64,000 nt of DNA from Victivallaceae bacterium (GCA_045586645.1 JAZNAR010000040.1:6661-70660), one strand, 5' to 3'. Counted from the first letter of the stretch, positions 17,177-26,946 are shown. Notes: generated by a model not told the origin, from the letters alone. Translations and numbers: made by a program.

Positions 17177-18622
17177 TCAACGTTTCCGTTTACGCTGTTT
17201 CGCACGCTCTTTTTTTGCCAGCTTGGCAACTTTTTTCTTATGTTCCTGCGCTTTACGGCTCAATGCGGCAGGAGCATTGACAAATCCGCCGCCGGGGGAA
17301 AACTCCGGCATCACGCCGCTGGCAGCCATTCTGCCGAGCATACCGCCGGGACGCATCATTTTACGCATCATCTCAAACTGCTTCACAAACGAGCTGACCA
17401 TTTCAGTCGGCACACCGCAGCCGCGGGCGATACGTTTGCGCCGCGAGAAATCAATAAGATCCGGATTCGCCCTTTCCTCTCTGGTCATGGACATAACCAT
17501 CGCTTCCATCCGGGCAAACTGCTTGCGGTCGATGCCGGAAACGACACTGCTCAACTGTTTGGCTCCGGGCAGAAACTTCAGGATGCTCTCCATGCCGCCG
17601 AGCTTGGAAATCTGTTTCAACTGCAACAGAAAATCATTGTAGTCAAATTTGTTTTTCCGCAATTTTTCCTGCAGTTTGCGGGCATCTTCCTCGTCGATTT
17701 CCGCGGCAGCTTTTTCCACGAGCGAAACCACATCCCCCATACCGAGGATGCGTCCGGCCATGCGGTCGGGATGAAAGACTTCCAACGCGTCCATTTTTTC
17801 GCCGAAACCGGCGAATTTCACCGGCACACCGGTAACTTTGCGGATCGAAAGTGCCGCACCGCCGCGGGCATCACCGTCAAGTTTGGTGAGAATGAAACCG
17901 GAAAGCTCCAGCGCCTGATGGAAATGCTCCGCCACCGAAACCGCTTCCTGACCGAGGGCGGCATCTGCCACCAGCAATATCTCATCCGGCCCGACTGCCT
18001 GACGGATGCGGATAAGCTCCTGCACCATGGCGTCATCTATCTGCAATCTGCCGGCAGTATCAATGATAACACAGTCAAAACCGCCTTTGCGGGCTTCTGC
18101 CACAGCATCACTGGCGATCGCCGCCACATTGACACTGGTGCGTTCCACATGGACCGGCACATCTATCTCTCTGCCGATGACTTCCAGCTGGTCAATGGCG
18201 GCGGGACGGTAAACGTCACCGGCGACAAGCATGACTTTTTTGCCGTCTTTTTTCAGTTTCAACGCCAACTTACCGGCGGTGGTAGTTTTGCCGCTGCCGT
18301 GCAGACCGACCATCATTATCACAGTCGGACGGCTGCTGAAGTCTATTTCACCGGCTCCGCCGCCGAGCAACTCCACAAGCCGGTCGTGAACGATACGGAC
18401 GACCTGCTGACCGGGGGTCACGCTTTTAAGTACATCCTGGCCGATACAGGATTCTTTGACTGCGGCGATAAATTCATCCGCGATACGGGCATTCACGTCC
18501 GCTTCCAACAACGCCAGGCGGATGTCACGCATCGCCTCGGCAATGTTGGGTTCGGAAATACGGCTCTCTCCACGGAGTTTTTTGAAAATCCCGTGGAGTC
18601 TGTCACTCAACGAATCAAACAT
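17177..18622 (-). CDS. ffh: signal recognition particle protein Ffh
   Basis: N, G and M domains: GLHGSGKTTTAGKLA, DTAGR, a Met-rich M domain, and a Lys-rich C-terminal tail. Confidence 0.95.
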   Translation of the reverse strand: MFDSLSDRLHGIFKKLRGESRISEPNIAEAMRDIRLALLEADVNARIADEFIAAVKESCIGQDVLKSVTPGQQVVRIVHDRLVELLGGGAGEIDFSSRPTVIMMVGLHGSGKTTTAGKLALKLKKDGKKVMLVAGDVYRPAAIDQLEVIGREIDVPVHVERTSVNVAAIASDAVAEARKGGFDCVIIDTAGRLQIDDAMVQELIRIRQAVGPDEILLVADAALGQEAVSVAEHFHQALELSGFILTKLDGDARGGAALSIRKVTGVPVKFAGFGEKMDALEVFHPDRMAGRILGMGDVVSLVEKAAAEIDEEDARKLQEKLRKNKFDYNDFLLQLKQISKLGGMESILKFLPGAKQLSSVVSGIDRKQFARMEAMVMSMTREERANPDLIDFSRRKRIARGCGVPTEMVSSFVKQFEMMRKMMRPGGMLGRMAASGVMPEFSPGGGFVNAPAALSRKAQEHKKKVAKLAKKERAKQRKRKR

Positions 18623-18833
18623 TACAATTTTCTTTCTATATGATTACACCTATTATCCTCATTATTTAAATACAATCATCTTTTAATATACTTTAATCCG
18701 CCCGCCCCGTCAAGGGGTTTTTGCAACAAGATTTCAAAAAACATCAAATATGCACCATCTTTCATCCGCCACGCCGCTGCCGGACCTCATGATGCAACGA
18801 TAGACCTCATCACAACAAACAGGACAATAATAA

Positions 18834-19496
18834 TTATTTATGATTCATCAATGAATACACTTTTTCCGGCGTCACAATCAGATGGTCTTTCAGCTCTATA
18901 TCAAATGCGGCAACGGCAGTTTTTATAAAGTATGTGGTATTAAAATCATTTTGCGACGGCGTACATACGCCGCTGGGATGATTGTGCGCGATAATAATGG
19001 ACTTCGTTCCGGGTTGAAACGATATTACTTTCAACAGCTGCAGATGGTCGATTTTCACTCCGTCCCGATTGCCGTCGCCCTGCCATTGACCGATCAGACG
19101 GTCACGTTTATCCAGCAGCAGTACAAAAACTTTTTCGCGGGAATTGTCACCGGTGAGCAAACGCAGGTAACAGCTTAAAACGTCTCCGTCCGGCACGACC
19201 GGATTTGTCTGCATTTCCTCTTTGAAACATTGCAGAGCAAGCGTGAATGCCAGATTTATCAAAATCGCAGAATTCCGGCTTATTTCCGGCACCTGCATGA
19301 GATATTCCACCGGAGCAGTCATTACCCCGCGGAGCGAGCCGAAAGTTTTCAGCAGCCCGTCACTCATCTTTTTCACATCTTTGCTCCGGACAGAAAAAGA
19401 GAGCAGCAATTCCAGAATTTCCCGGTCGCTGAATCCGCCGGCTCCGGATTGAGAAAATATTGTCTTCAAATCAGTTGGAGCGTTTTCTGTTTTCAT
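18834..19496 (-). CDS. RadC-like JAB/MPN domain protein
   Basis: HNHPSG..PS..D JAB motif (IIAHNHPSGVCTPSQND). Confidence 0.85.
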   Translation of the reverse strand: MKTENAPTDLKTIFSQSGAGGFSDREILELLLSFSVRSKDVKKMSDGLLKTFGSLRGVMTAPVEYLMQVPEISRNSAILINLAFTLALQCFKEEMQTNPVVPDGDVLSCYLRLLTGDNSREKVFVLLLDKRDRLIGQWQGDGNRDGVKIDHLQLLKVISFQPGTKSIIIAHNHPSGVCTPSQNDFNTTYFIKTAVAAFDIELKDHLIVTPEKVYSLMNHK

Positions 19497-19585
19497 GCCG
19501 TACTCTCAATGTGAAACAGCAAAGACGCTCATCCCCCGGTCTGTTGCGGGGGAACAGCATTTTTTCTGTTTTGAATCCGCTTTAT

Positions 19586-20518
19586 TCAATCAAGCTCAAT
19601 GCTTTCACCCCAGGAAAGGCACTGCACCCTGCCGGCGCGGTAAGGCACGGCAAATTCGCGGAACAGCACCTCATAACTCTGGGTATTGCCGCACCCGGTC
19701 AAACCGAACACCCGGTGACTGAATTCCCATTCGTGAGTCGGGATATAACGGCACTGATGCTGTGCTTCCAGCGTTTCGATCGGCGGAGTGCCGCCGCCGG
19801 TGGAGTAGTGGGACATGAGCGCGTAATCTATATGGGCATTCCAGGAGCGTATCTGCTCCATGCACTCTTCAAAACCTTCTTTGTGAAAAATATCACCGCG
19901 GCTGAAAACCGTTTTGCCGTTGCTCAAAGTAAAAAGATACATCGCACAGGACAAACCGCCTGCCGCAGTGCCCTGCCACTTCATAAATGTCCTGCATCCG
20001 GGCGAAGCGAAATTATCTGCCGGAGTACCGTTTTTTATCATCCAGCGGCGGATGCACTCCGCCGGCATAACTATCAATTTGCCCTGACGCGCCATATCAT
20101 CGGCAAGCTCCGCACTGGTGTGGTCTTCGTGGGAATGAGTGACATAATATTCCGTCAGCAGCTGTGCCAGAGCTTTTGTCTGACTACGTTTGAGTTTTAC
20201 TGTCGTCCTGCCGAAAGGCGGAGTACAGCCGTTGTTTATATCCAGACCGATGATGCGTCTGCCGTCGCGGATGATGACTCCGGACGAATAAACTTTCCAG
20301 AGCCGCGGAGTTTTTCCGCGATACGCGGCAACTTCAGTGAGTGTGCGATCGAAACGTTCCCGGTAGTATCTGCCGGTTTCCGGCATGGTTTCCGAATCAG
20401 CCTCGCCGAGCAGAGCATCAAGCGCATAAAGAGCCGCTTCACGTCCGGCATCCATAGCAAAACGGGGAGGATTCGCCGCAAGTATGGCGGCAGCTTTGGT
20501 AAAATCACTGTATTTCAT
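19586..20518 (-). CDS. metallo-beta-lactamase-fold hydrolase
   Basis: HxHxDH motif (THSHEDH). 310-aa ORF with ATG start. Confidence 0.7.
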   Translation of the reverse strand: MKYSDFTKAAAILAANPPRFAMDAGREAALYALDALLGEADSETMPETGRYYRERFDRTLTEVAAYRGKTPRLWKVYSSGVIIRDGRRIIGLDINNGCTPPFGRTTVKLKRSQTKALAQLLTEYYVTHSHEDHTSAELADDMARQGKLIVMPAECIRRWMIKNGTPADNFASPGCRTFMKWQGTAAGGLSCAMYLFTLSNGKTVFSRGDIFHKEGFEECMEQIRSWNAHIDYALMSHYSTGGGTPPIETLEAQHQCRYIPTHEWEFSHRVFGLTGCGNTQSYEVLFREFAVPYRAGRVQCLSWGESIELD

Positions 20519-20542
20519 AATGAATGTTTTCCGTTTTCAAAT

Positions 20543-21214
20543 TCAACGTATTGCTTTCACGACCTGTTCGGCAATGGCTTTCATTCCCGCCACCGAGGGG
20601 TGTCCGCTCTGCTTGGCGATATTTTTCAAATCTATGCAGGGCACATTGTAATGTTTGCAAATCTCATGCACCGATTCATTAATGACCGGTTTCAAGCAGT
20701 CATTGAGAATGAAATACACTTTGGCATCCGGATAAAGTTTCTTTATGTCAGCAAGCATTTTTGCCATCGCCGGACGGAAAGAAAAAAGTTCCTCAACTTT
20801 CCAATCCGACCATTTGTACTCACCGATGGGAGAATTTGCCCAGCTGTCATTGGTCGCTCCGCAAATGAGAATCAATCCGGGATCGCCGAGACGGCTTGCT
20901 CTGGTGACGAAACTGGATTTGGCGGCATTGACTCCGTGATAACCGGTATAACAGACGGTTGAACCGCTCCAGGATTCATTTTTTTCCAATTTGCCGTTGA
21001 TGGCCTGAATCACGAGATACCACCAGCAATTTTCCGCTTTTTTGACATCATTTTTCACGTGGGGATACCAGACCGCATTCCCTGCCGGGATACAATCGCG
21101 GAATGTGGAATAACTGTCACCGAGGATGGAAACCCTCACGGCATCACTTCCGGCGGCACTCACCGCACTGAAAAAAACAAGAAATAATCCGGCAAAAATT
21201 TTTCTCATGGTCAT
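20543..21214 (-). CDS. secreted SGNH/GDSL-family hydrolase
   Basis: Signal peptide. Block I ILGDSYS. GATNDS block. Confidence 0.8.
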   Translation of the reverse strand: MTMRKIFAGLFLVFFSAVSAAGSDAVRVSILGDSYSTFRDCIPAGNAVWYPHVKNDVKKAENCWWYLVIQAINGKLEKNESWSGSTVCYTGYHGVNAAKSSFVTRASRLGDPGLILICGATNDSWANSPIGEYKWSDWKVEELFSFRPAMAKMLADIKKLYPDAKVYFILNDCLKPVINESVHEICKHYNVPCIDLKNIAKQSGHPSVAGMKAIAEQVVKAIR

Positions 21215-21249
21215 ACCCGCCTGTTTTTTGATTATAAAGACAAAAAAAA

Positions 21250-21325
<76 letters not shown>

Positions 21326-21395
21326 ACATCTTGTGTTTTATATAATATGACTCTTGAAAACGTTTTTTTCAAGTCATTTTTTCATTTTTCGGCGA

Positions 21396-22175
21396 TTACT
21401 CTTTTACCGGAGCCACTCCCGGTGCCGTAAGACGGGGTTTTTCCTGAAGTTCCAACAGTGAAGATATATCAAAATGGTCTTCAACTTTGTTGCGGTTCAG
21501 AAACGACACGCCCAATATCACCAGAAATGCGATCACACCTATAGCCACCATTGCAATCACTGCCAGCAGAAATATTTCCACCCGGTGCAGAATTTTCCGG
21601 TTTTCGCTGTTTTCATCCGGAATTATGGTTCCCGGCAGATTTTCCGGGACCTCACGGGGAACCTGACGCCACGGACGCACCAGTTCCTCTTCATCGGCTT
21701 TGGAAATTTTATACAAACTGCACAGCTTTCTCAAGTATGCCAACACATACACCTGCTGCGGCAATTCGTCAAAATATCCCTCTTCCAGTGCCATGAGGAA
21801 ACGGACACGTATCTGCGTTTCATTTTCGACATCTTCAGGGGTCAGACCGGCACGTTTTCTGGCGGCTTTCAACACCTCTGATGTTTCCAGTTTCTCACGC
21901 TCCATTTCTGCATCCGCCCGGCGTTTGCCCCGGAAAAACGGTGCGCTGCGCGACGGAGCAGGTTCCGGCGCAGACACAGCTTTTTTCTCAATATTCACGT
22001 CATGTTTTTCACTTCCGGCGTCAGCGGCGTCAACGGTCTGCGCCTCCGCGCTGACGGCTGCAGACGATTCCTCTCCGGCACTTTCACCGGAATTTTCTTC
22101 CGGAAGTGCGGCAAAAAGGTCATCCTCACCGCCCCGCTCCGGAGCAGCAGGCATACGGCTCCCGAAATCCAGCAT
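21396..22175 (-). CDS. RodZ-like helix-turn-helix membrane protein
   Basis: Acidic N-terminal extension. HTH region LKAARKRAGLTPEDVENETQIRVRFLMALEEG. Single TM FLLAVIAMVAIGVIAFLVILGV. First ATG at 22175; the track start at 22181 is TTG. Confidence 0.7.
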   Translation of the reverse strand: MLDFGSRMPAAPERGGEDDLFAALPEENSGESAGEESSAAVSAEAQTVDAADAGSEKHDVNIEKKAVSAPEPAPSRSAPFFRGKRRADAEMEREKLETSEVLKAARKRAGLTPEDVENETQIRVRFLMALEEGYFDELPQQVYVLAYLRKLCSLYKISKADEEELVRPWRQVPREVPENLPGTIIPDENSENRKILHRVEIFLLAVIAMVAIGVIAFLVILGVSFLNRNKVEDHFDISSLLELQEKPRLTAPGVAPVKE

Positions 22176-22199
22176 ATTCAATCCCTTCTATGTAAAAAA

Positions 22200-24698
22200 T
22201 CAACCTATATCAATTCCGTCAAAAACCAGAATATCACGTTTATTGCCGCTGCCGGACGGCGGTCCGACAATCCCGCGCTCTTCCATAGTTTCAATCAATT
22301 CCGCCGCCCGGTTGTACCCGACTTTCAGACGCCGCTGCAAATAACTGGTACTGGCTTTGCGGTCAAGGATCACCACTTTCAGCGCGCGGCGCATTATATC
22401 ATCATCCCCCGGACGCAGATATTTAGCTATATCAGCGCGGTCTTCATCATCAATGGGCAGCATTTCCTCATCGACATCTTCGTCACTGTCCTCTGTTTCA
22501 GCCAGTACCGTATCGTTGAAATGCTGCGGAGCCTGGTCAGAAACAAACTTGACCACGCTTTTGATATCTTCATCCCTGACCCATGCGCCCTGCACACGCT
22601 CGATTTCCATACTGGAAGATGTCATAACCAGCATATCGCCCATGCCGAGAAGTTTTTCCGCTCCGGGGGTATCCAGCACCACCCGGCTGTCTACCAGACT
22701 GCGGACCTGGAAACACAACCGTGTCGGCAAGTTGGCTTTGATAATACCGGTGATGATATTGGTACTCGGCCGCTGGGTCGCAACAATGATGTGGATTCCG
22801 GCGGCACGCCCTTTCTGGGCAATACGGGTGATATTGGTTTCCACATCTTTTTTGGCTTCAGTCATCATCAAATCGGCAAGCTCATCCAGAATTATCACCA
22901 AAAGCGGCATTTTTGCCGGAATTTCTTTGCCGTCATCATCAAATTCAGGTTCCGGCGGCACCGGGCGGCTGTTGAATTCGGAAAGTTTTTTCACCCCGAC
23001 CTTTGCCAGCACATGATAACGGCGATCCATTTCGTTTGCCGCCCAGCGCAACGCGATGGGAACTTTGGCAGAATCGTTGATTATCGGGGTCAGCAAATGG
23101 GGCAGACTCTTGTAAGCGTCAAATTCCACGATTTTCGGGTCTACCATTATCAGACGCAACTCGTCCGGTTTGAATTTAAAGAGCAAACTTGTTATCAATG
23201 AATTTGAACACACACTTTTACCCGTACCAGTCGCCCCCGCCACCAGCATGTGCGGAGCTTTGGCAAGGTCGAGAATGACCGGTTTGCCGGAAACATTTTT
23301 GCCGAGCGCAAGCGGGATTTCCGCTTTGCTGCTGCGCCACTCCTCGCTCTCCATGATTGAACGCATAAAGACCGCTTCCGGCTTGCTGTTGGACACCTCA
23401 ATCCCCACCACAGAGCGACCCGGTATCGGAGCCAGCACCCGGATACTGGTCGCCGCCAGAGCCATGCGGATATTATACTGGATCTGCTCGACTTTTTTCA
23501 CATTGATACCGGGGGCAAGCGTTATTTCGTAACGGGTGACGCGCGGTCCGGAAACAAAACCGGTCACTCTGCCGGAAATCGCAAACTCTTCCAGAGTCTG
23601 CTGAATCTTATTCTGGGCAAGTTCGATGGCATCACGGCTTTCGCCGATAACATTTTTGCCTTCAGCGAGCATTGAAACCAGCGGCAGAACAAATTCTCCG
23701 TACTCACCGCGGAGCTTTTCGCCTTTGGTGACCACAGTCTGACCGACATCGGGTGTTTCCAATATTTTCTGCGCCGCAGAGGGCACAACTGCCGGAGCAT
23801 CTGCCGGATTGGCGGCGGCAGCGGCAATACTGTTTTCCACCCTTTTTTCCGGCGGCGGCATATCATCAAGCGGCAATTCATCACTGACTCCGGCTTCACC
23901 GGCTTCTTCATCATCAGCAGCTTCCAGACGTTTCCACAATGAACTCAACCGTGATGAACGTCTGACCGGAGTATTCTCCTCAACATCCTCTGTTTCATCT
24001 TCCTCCTCGTCTCTGTCATCCTCATCGGTTTCGGCACGGCTTCTTTCGTACTCCTCAATACGGCGGCGGACATTTCCTGCCGCCTCACTGCCGGCAGACA
24101 TAAAGCGGCGCAAAAGGTCATGCCAGTCGGAAACATAGAGCATCACCCCGCCGGAACCGACCATCAGCCAGCCGATAACCAGAGTCCCGACCGCCCCGAT
24201 GAGATTACGCAAACATCCCGGCGGCAATTCCATATACGCCGGAGCGGCAAAAAACTGACCTATCAAACCGCCGGAAAGCACCAGCAGCGGTTCTTCCTGC
24301 CGCCCCAACCCCAGATTTCTTGCCAATCCGGCAAAAGGTTCGGGGGAAATCGCAAAAAGCAGGACAGCCCCGGCAGTCACCAGAGCGGAACCGCTGAAAA
24401 AAATCCCGCTGCGCCCTGCCCCCGGCAGAAGCAGACGGAACGCCCGCAGAAAATAAAGCAGCACCAGAATGTATCCGGCAAAACCGCAGTAAAGCAGTAT
24501 GTTATGCGAAAAGCGCGCACCCAATACGCCGATCCAGTTTTCCGGAGCTTCCGGCACTCCGCCGCCGAAAGCATTCCAATCCTGCGGAGAATAGGAAATC
24601 AGCGACAGCAGAGCCAGCACCATCACAACACAGAAAAAAACATTCCGCATCCTGATACCGTGTTCACCCTGCTGCTGCGGTGTATTATCGACAGACAT
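22200..24698 (-). CDS. ftsK: DNA translocase FtsK
   Basis: N-terminal TM helices, acidic linker, motor domain with GATGTGKS Walker A, and a C-terminal gamma (winged-helix) domain. ATG at 24698; the track start at 24710 is TTG. Confidence 0.95.
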   Translation of the reverse strand: MSVDNTPQQQGEHGIRMRNVFFCVVMVLALLSLISYSPQDWNAFGGGVPEAPENWIGVLGARFSHNILLYCGFAGYILVLLYFLRAFRLLLPGAGRSGIFFSGSALVTAGAVLLFAISPEPFAGLARNLGLGRQEEPLLVLSGGLIGQFFAAPAYMELPPGCLRNLIGAVGTLVIGWLMVGSGGVMLYVSDWHDLLRRFMSAGSEAAGNVRRRIEEYERSRAETDEDDRDEEEDETEDVEENTPVRRSSRLSSLWKRLEAADDEEAGEAGVSDELPLDDMPPPEKRVENSIAAAAANPADAPAVVPSAAQKILETPDVGQTVVTKGEKLRGEYGEFVLPLVSMLAEGKNVIGESRDAIELAQNKIQQTLEEFAISGRVTGFVSGPRVTRYEITLAPGINVKKVEQIQYNIRMALAATSIRVLAPIPGRSVVGIEVSNSKPEAVFMRSIMESEEWRSSKAEIPLALGKNVSGKPVILDLAKAPHMLVAGATGTGKSVCSNSLITSLLFKFKPDELRLIMVDPKIVEFDAYKSLPHLLTPIINDSAKVPIALRWAANEMDRRYHVLAKVGVKKLSEFNSRPVPPEPEFDDDGKEIPAKMPLLVIILDELADLMMTEAKKDVETNITRIAQKGRAAGIHIIVATQRPSTNIITGIIKANLPTRLCFQVRSLVDSRVVLDTPGAEKLLGMGDMLVMTSSSMEIERVQGAWVRDEDIKSVVKFVSDQAPQHFNDTVLAETEDSDEDVDEEMLPIDDEDRADIAKYLRPGDDDIMRRALKVVILDRKASTSYLQRRLKVGYNRAAELIETMEERGIVGPPSGSGNKRDILVFDGIDIG

Positions 24699-24798
24699 TC
24701 CCCTGATCAAAATATGTAAACTCCGTACTGCTTGTATTCAATATCAAACTGCCATTACGGTAATATAGTACAACTGCCGCCGATTGCAAGAAAAATCC

Positions 24799-25443
24799 TC
24801 ACAATTTCCTGACTTTCTCACACGCCGGAAGCATCATGCCGCCCAAGGCGTTGCCCAGACTCATCCACAACACCGTCAACAGCGTATCCCGACTCCACAC
24901 CGCCGCGGCGGAAAAATAGTACATATTGGCGATGCAGTGTTCAAAGCCGCTCAAAATAAATACCACCACACAGAGAAAAACCATCCCGACTCTTGCCGGT
25001 GACGGCAGATGCTCTTTTTTGAAAACATCCACCGCAGTAAACATCAATATCCCGCAAAAAAACGCCAATATCAGCAAACTTATCCGGTTGTCTGCAAGTT
25101 TTGCCGCACTCAACGCCGTCACGCGCTCCTCAATATTCCCGAAAAAGCGGGTAAAACGCATCAGCTTGCCCACCGCGAAACATCCGGCAAGATTACCGAG
25201 CCAGATAAAAATCAATTCGCAGAAATATTGCGGAAAATTGCGCCCCTGAATTGCCAGATAGCCGACTGCGCCGGTAAAAAGTTTGAAATTGAAAACCAGT
25301 ATCCCCAGCAGACCGAATGCAAACAATACGGCTCCTGTCACCGGATTTTTCACCGACAGAAAAACCGTTCCTGCCACACCGATAAATATTCCGGCAAAAA
25401 GAGCATTGAGCCAGACTTTGCCGGTTTTTACCAAAAAATTCAT
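24799..25443 (-). CDS. formate/nitrite transporter (FNT) family channel
   Basis: Six predicted TM segments. LFTG and FEHCIANM signature motifs. Start set at the ATG at 25443; the upstream extension to 25551 looks non-native. Confidence 0.75.
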   Translation of the reverse strand: MNFLVKTGKVWLNALFAGIFIGVAGTVFLSVKNPVTGAVLFAFGLLGILVFNFKLFTGAVGYLAIQGRNFPQYFCELIFIWLGNLAGCFAVGKLMRFTRFFGNIEERVTALSAAKLADNRISLLILAFFCGILMFTAVDVFKKEHLPSPARVGMVFLCVVVFILSGFEHCIANMYYFSAAAVWSRDTLLTVLWMSLGNALGGMMLPACEKVRKL

Positions 25444-25665
25444 TTCCCCGCCACTTTCTTTTGTTTCCTGCGTTGCGCCAAAACATTCCGGCGGTAAAAA
25501 AAATTCCCGCACCGGTCCGCAACAATCACACCGGTGTAAAAAATAGCCCACTCCGCGCTCAAATACAAGTGCAAAACATCATTTTTCCATTGATTTCACC
25601 CGAAATATCAGTGCGCAGAAGCAAATCCGGGAAATACCGCTCCGCACCGTTCCGTCAGAACAAAC

Positions 25666-25693
25666 TTGACTTTTTTCCATATTATTTTATATT
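25666..25693 (+). promoter_or_regulatory. sigma-70-like promoter candidate for the ferredoxin-trxA pair
   Basis: TTGACT (25666..25671), 16-nt spacer, TATATT (25688..25693). Lies about 25 nt upstream of the RBS. Confidence 0.45.
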
Positions 25694-25719
25694 AATTTTC
25701 CGGAAAGGAGCATTTTGCC

Positions 25720-26088
25720 ATGAAGCGTAATATTGCAAAAATAGACTTTGCCAGATGCGACGGCTGCGGAATATGCGTTTGGTGTTGTGAAGAAGGTGCG
25801 CTGGAAATTTCCGGCGGCAAAGCCATCCTGGCACGGGATTTCGCCTGTGACGGACTGGGCAGTTGTGCCGGGGAGTGTCCGCAGGGAGCTATCACTCTGG
25901 CTGAAACCGACTGCAATCCGTGTGACATTGCGGAAATCATGCAGAAAATAATCCCCCGCGGCACCCGGCACATCGCCGACTACCTGAAGCATCTGGAAAA
26001 ACACGGTCAATACCAGCTGCTCGATGAAGCGGCGGCATACCTGCGCGCCCACGATATTCCGATACCGGTAAAATTGTATTGTTCATAA
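25720..26088 (+). CDS. 4Fe-4S dicluster (ferredoxin-type) domain protein
   Basis: CDGCGICVWCC and CDGLGSCAGECP cysteine clusters. GGAAAGGAG RBS before the ATG at 25720. Confidence 0.75.
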   Translation: MKRNIAKIDFARCDGCGICVWCCEEGALEISGGKAILARDFACDGLGSCAGECPQGAITLAETDCNPCDIAEIMQKIIPRGTRHIADYLKHLEKHGQYQLLDEAAAYLRAHDIPIPVKLYCS

Positions 26089-26102
26089 AAAGGAGTTGGA
26101 TT

Positions 26103-26414
26103 ATGGTCAAAAAAATATCTGCCGATGAGTTTGATGCGATTTCAGCACCGGACGGCAAAAACGTGCTGGTGAAATTTTTTGCCAACTGGTGCGGCCCCTG
26201 CCGGCAATTCGCTCCGGTACTGGAAAAATTTGCCGCCGCCCATCCGGAAATTGATGTTTACGAAATGGATATAGATTCTCCGGAAAACCTGGAACTGATT
26301 TCAGAATTGGGCGTCACCACCGTGCCGACGGTGATACATCTGCGAAACGGCGAAATGGTTTCCAGAGTCAGCGGGTTTCTCAATCTGCACGATTTGGAAA
26401 AACTCGAACTGTAA
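26103..26414 (+). CDS. trxA: thioredoxin
   Basis: WCGPC active site. AAAGGAG RBS before the ATG at 26103. Terminator follows. Confidence 0.9.
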   Translation: MVKKISADEFDAISAPDGKNVLVKFFANWCGPCRQFAPVLEKFAAAHPEIDVYEMDIDSPENLELISELGVTTVPTVIHLRNGEMVSRVSGFLNLHDLEKLEL

Positions 26415-26439
26415 ATCCGCACCGTTAAAAAAACTCAAA

Positions 26440-26473
26440 CGTCAGAAACATTTTGTTGTTTCCGACGTTTTTT
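26440..26473 (+). terminator. rho-independent terminator after trxA
   Basis: CGTCAGAAACA-ttttgt-TGTTTCCGACG (one mismatch) followed by TTTTTT. Confidence 0.75.
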
Positions 26474-26499
26474 ACTTGTTTTTTTGTCTGCCCCCCGGC

Positions 26500-26541
26500 A
26501 AGCCCATCCGCCGGCGGGGATAGGTTCCGGCGGATGGGCTT
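26500..26541. repeat. perfect 15-bp inverted repeat AAGCCCATCCGCCGG / CCGGCGGATGGGCTT (12-nt loop)
   Basis: Read directly from the sequence. GC-rich hairpin without a flanking T-run, at the left edge of the low-GC islet. Confidence 0.8.
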
Positions 26542-26697
26542 CATAATCACTCCTCACGCAAATAATTTCTTCACATTGTAAACTATAACATAAAAACACG
26601 ATTTTTCAAGGCTAAAAATAAAAAAAAGGTTAATTTTTTAACAAATATAAAGCATTATAACAAAAAAACATCAAATCTTCCGGGAGCGGCACGATAA

Positions 26698-26720
26698 CAA
26701 AAAAGCAGCGGTCAGCTGCC
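26698..26720 (-). terminator. weak terminator after the 56-aa ORF
   Basis: On the minus strand, GCAGC-tgacc-GCTGC is followed by TTTTTT. Confidence 0.45.
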
Positions 26721-26775
26721 ACCGGACAACAGCAATGCGAGAGCAAAAACAAAGCCTTATGCGGGGCAATTTCAA

Positions 26776-26946
26776 TCAAAATTTACTGCGGCAGAGATAC
26801 AACACTCCTGCAAAAGAGATGATTGCAAGAATAAAGAACAGGATTTTTACAAACCTCTGGACTCCCCGGTCTGCGCTGACTTTGTCTGCCTGCCAACCGA
26901 ACAAACCCGTAAAAATTTCTGCAATGATTTCAATGAGGAAGTTCAT
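26776..26946 (-). CDS. small hydrophobic protein (56 aa), not in the ORF track
   Basis: Hand translation: MNFLIEIIAEIFTGLFGWQADKVSADRGVQRFVKILFFILAIISFAGVLYLCRSKF. Its ATG (26946..26944) overlaps the TGA (26945..26943) of the upstream gene as ATGA. A weak terminator follows. Confidence 0.4.
   Translation of the reverse strand: MNFLIEIIAEIFTGLFGWQADKVSADRGVQRFVKILFFILAIISFAGVLYLCRSKF

Noticed and set aside
17240-18643. 467-aa plus-strand ORF
   Set aside because: It is antisense to ffh.
18700-18725. Short CCCC-gtcaa-GGGG hairpin plus T-run on the plus strand between radC-like and ffh (possible sRNA terminator)
   Set aside because: The stem is only 4-5 bp, and no plus-strand gene or promoter was identified upstream. 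The evidence is too weak.
19460-20962. 500-aa plus-strand ORF
   Set aside because: It is antisense to the MBL-fold and SGNH hydrolase genes. It has no motifs and crosses an intergenic gap.
22002-23201. 399-aa plus-strand ORF (and 22357..23016)
   Set aside because: Both are antisense to ftsK.
24799-25551. N-terminal extension of the FNT ORF (MGYFLHRCDCCGPV..) and similar extensions of other track ORFs (for example 45023, 56977, 59205, 58146, 42468)
   Set aside because: The extensions precede obvious native N-termini (signal peptides, conserved starts, RBS-linked ATGs) and often begin at GTG or TTG. Starts were trimmed instead of calling unusual fusions.
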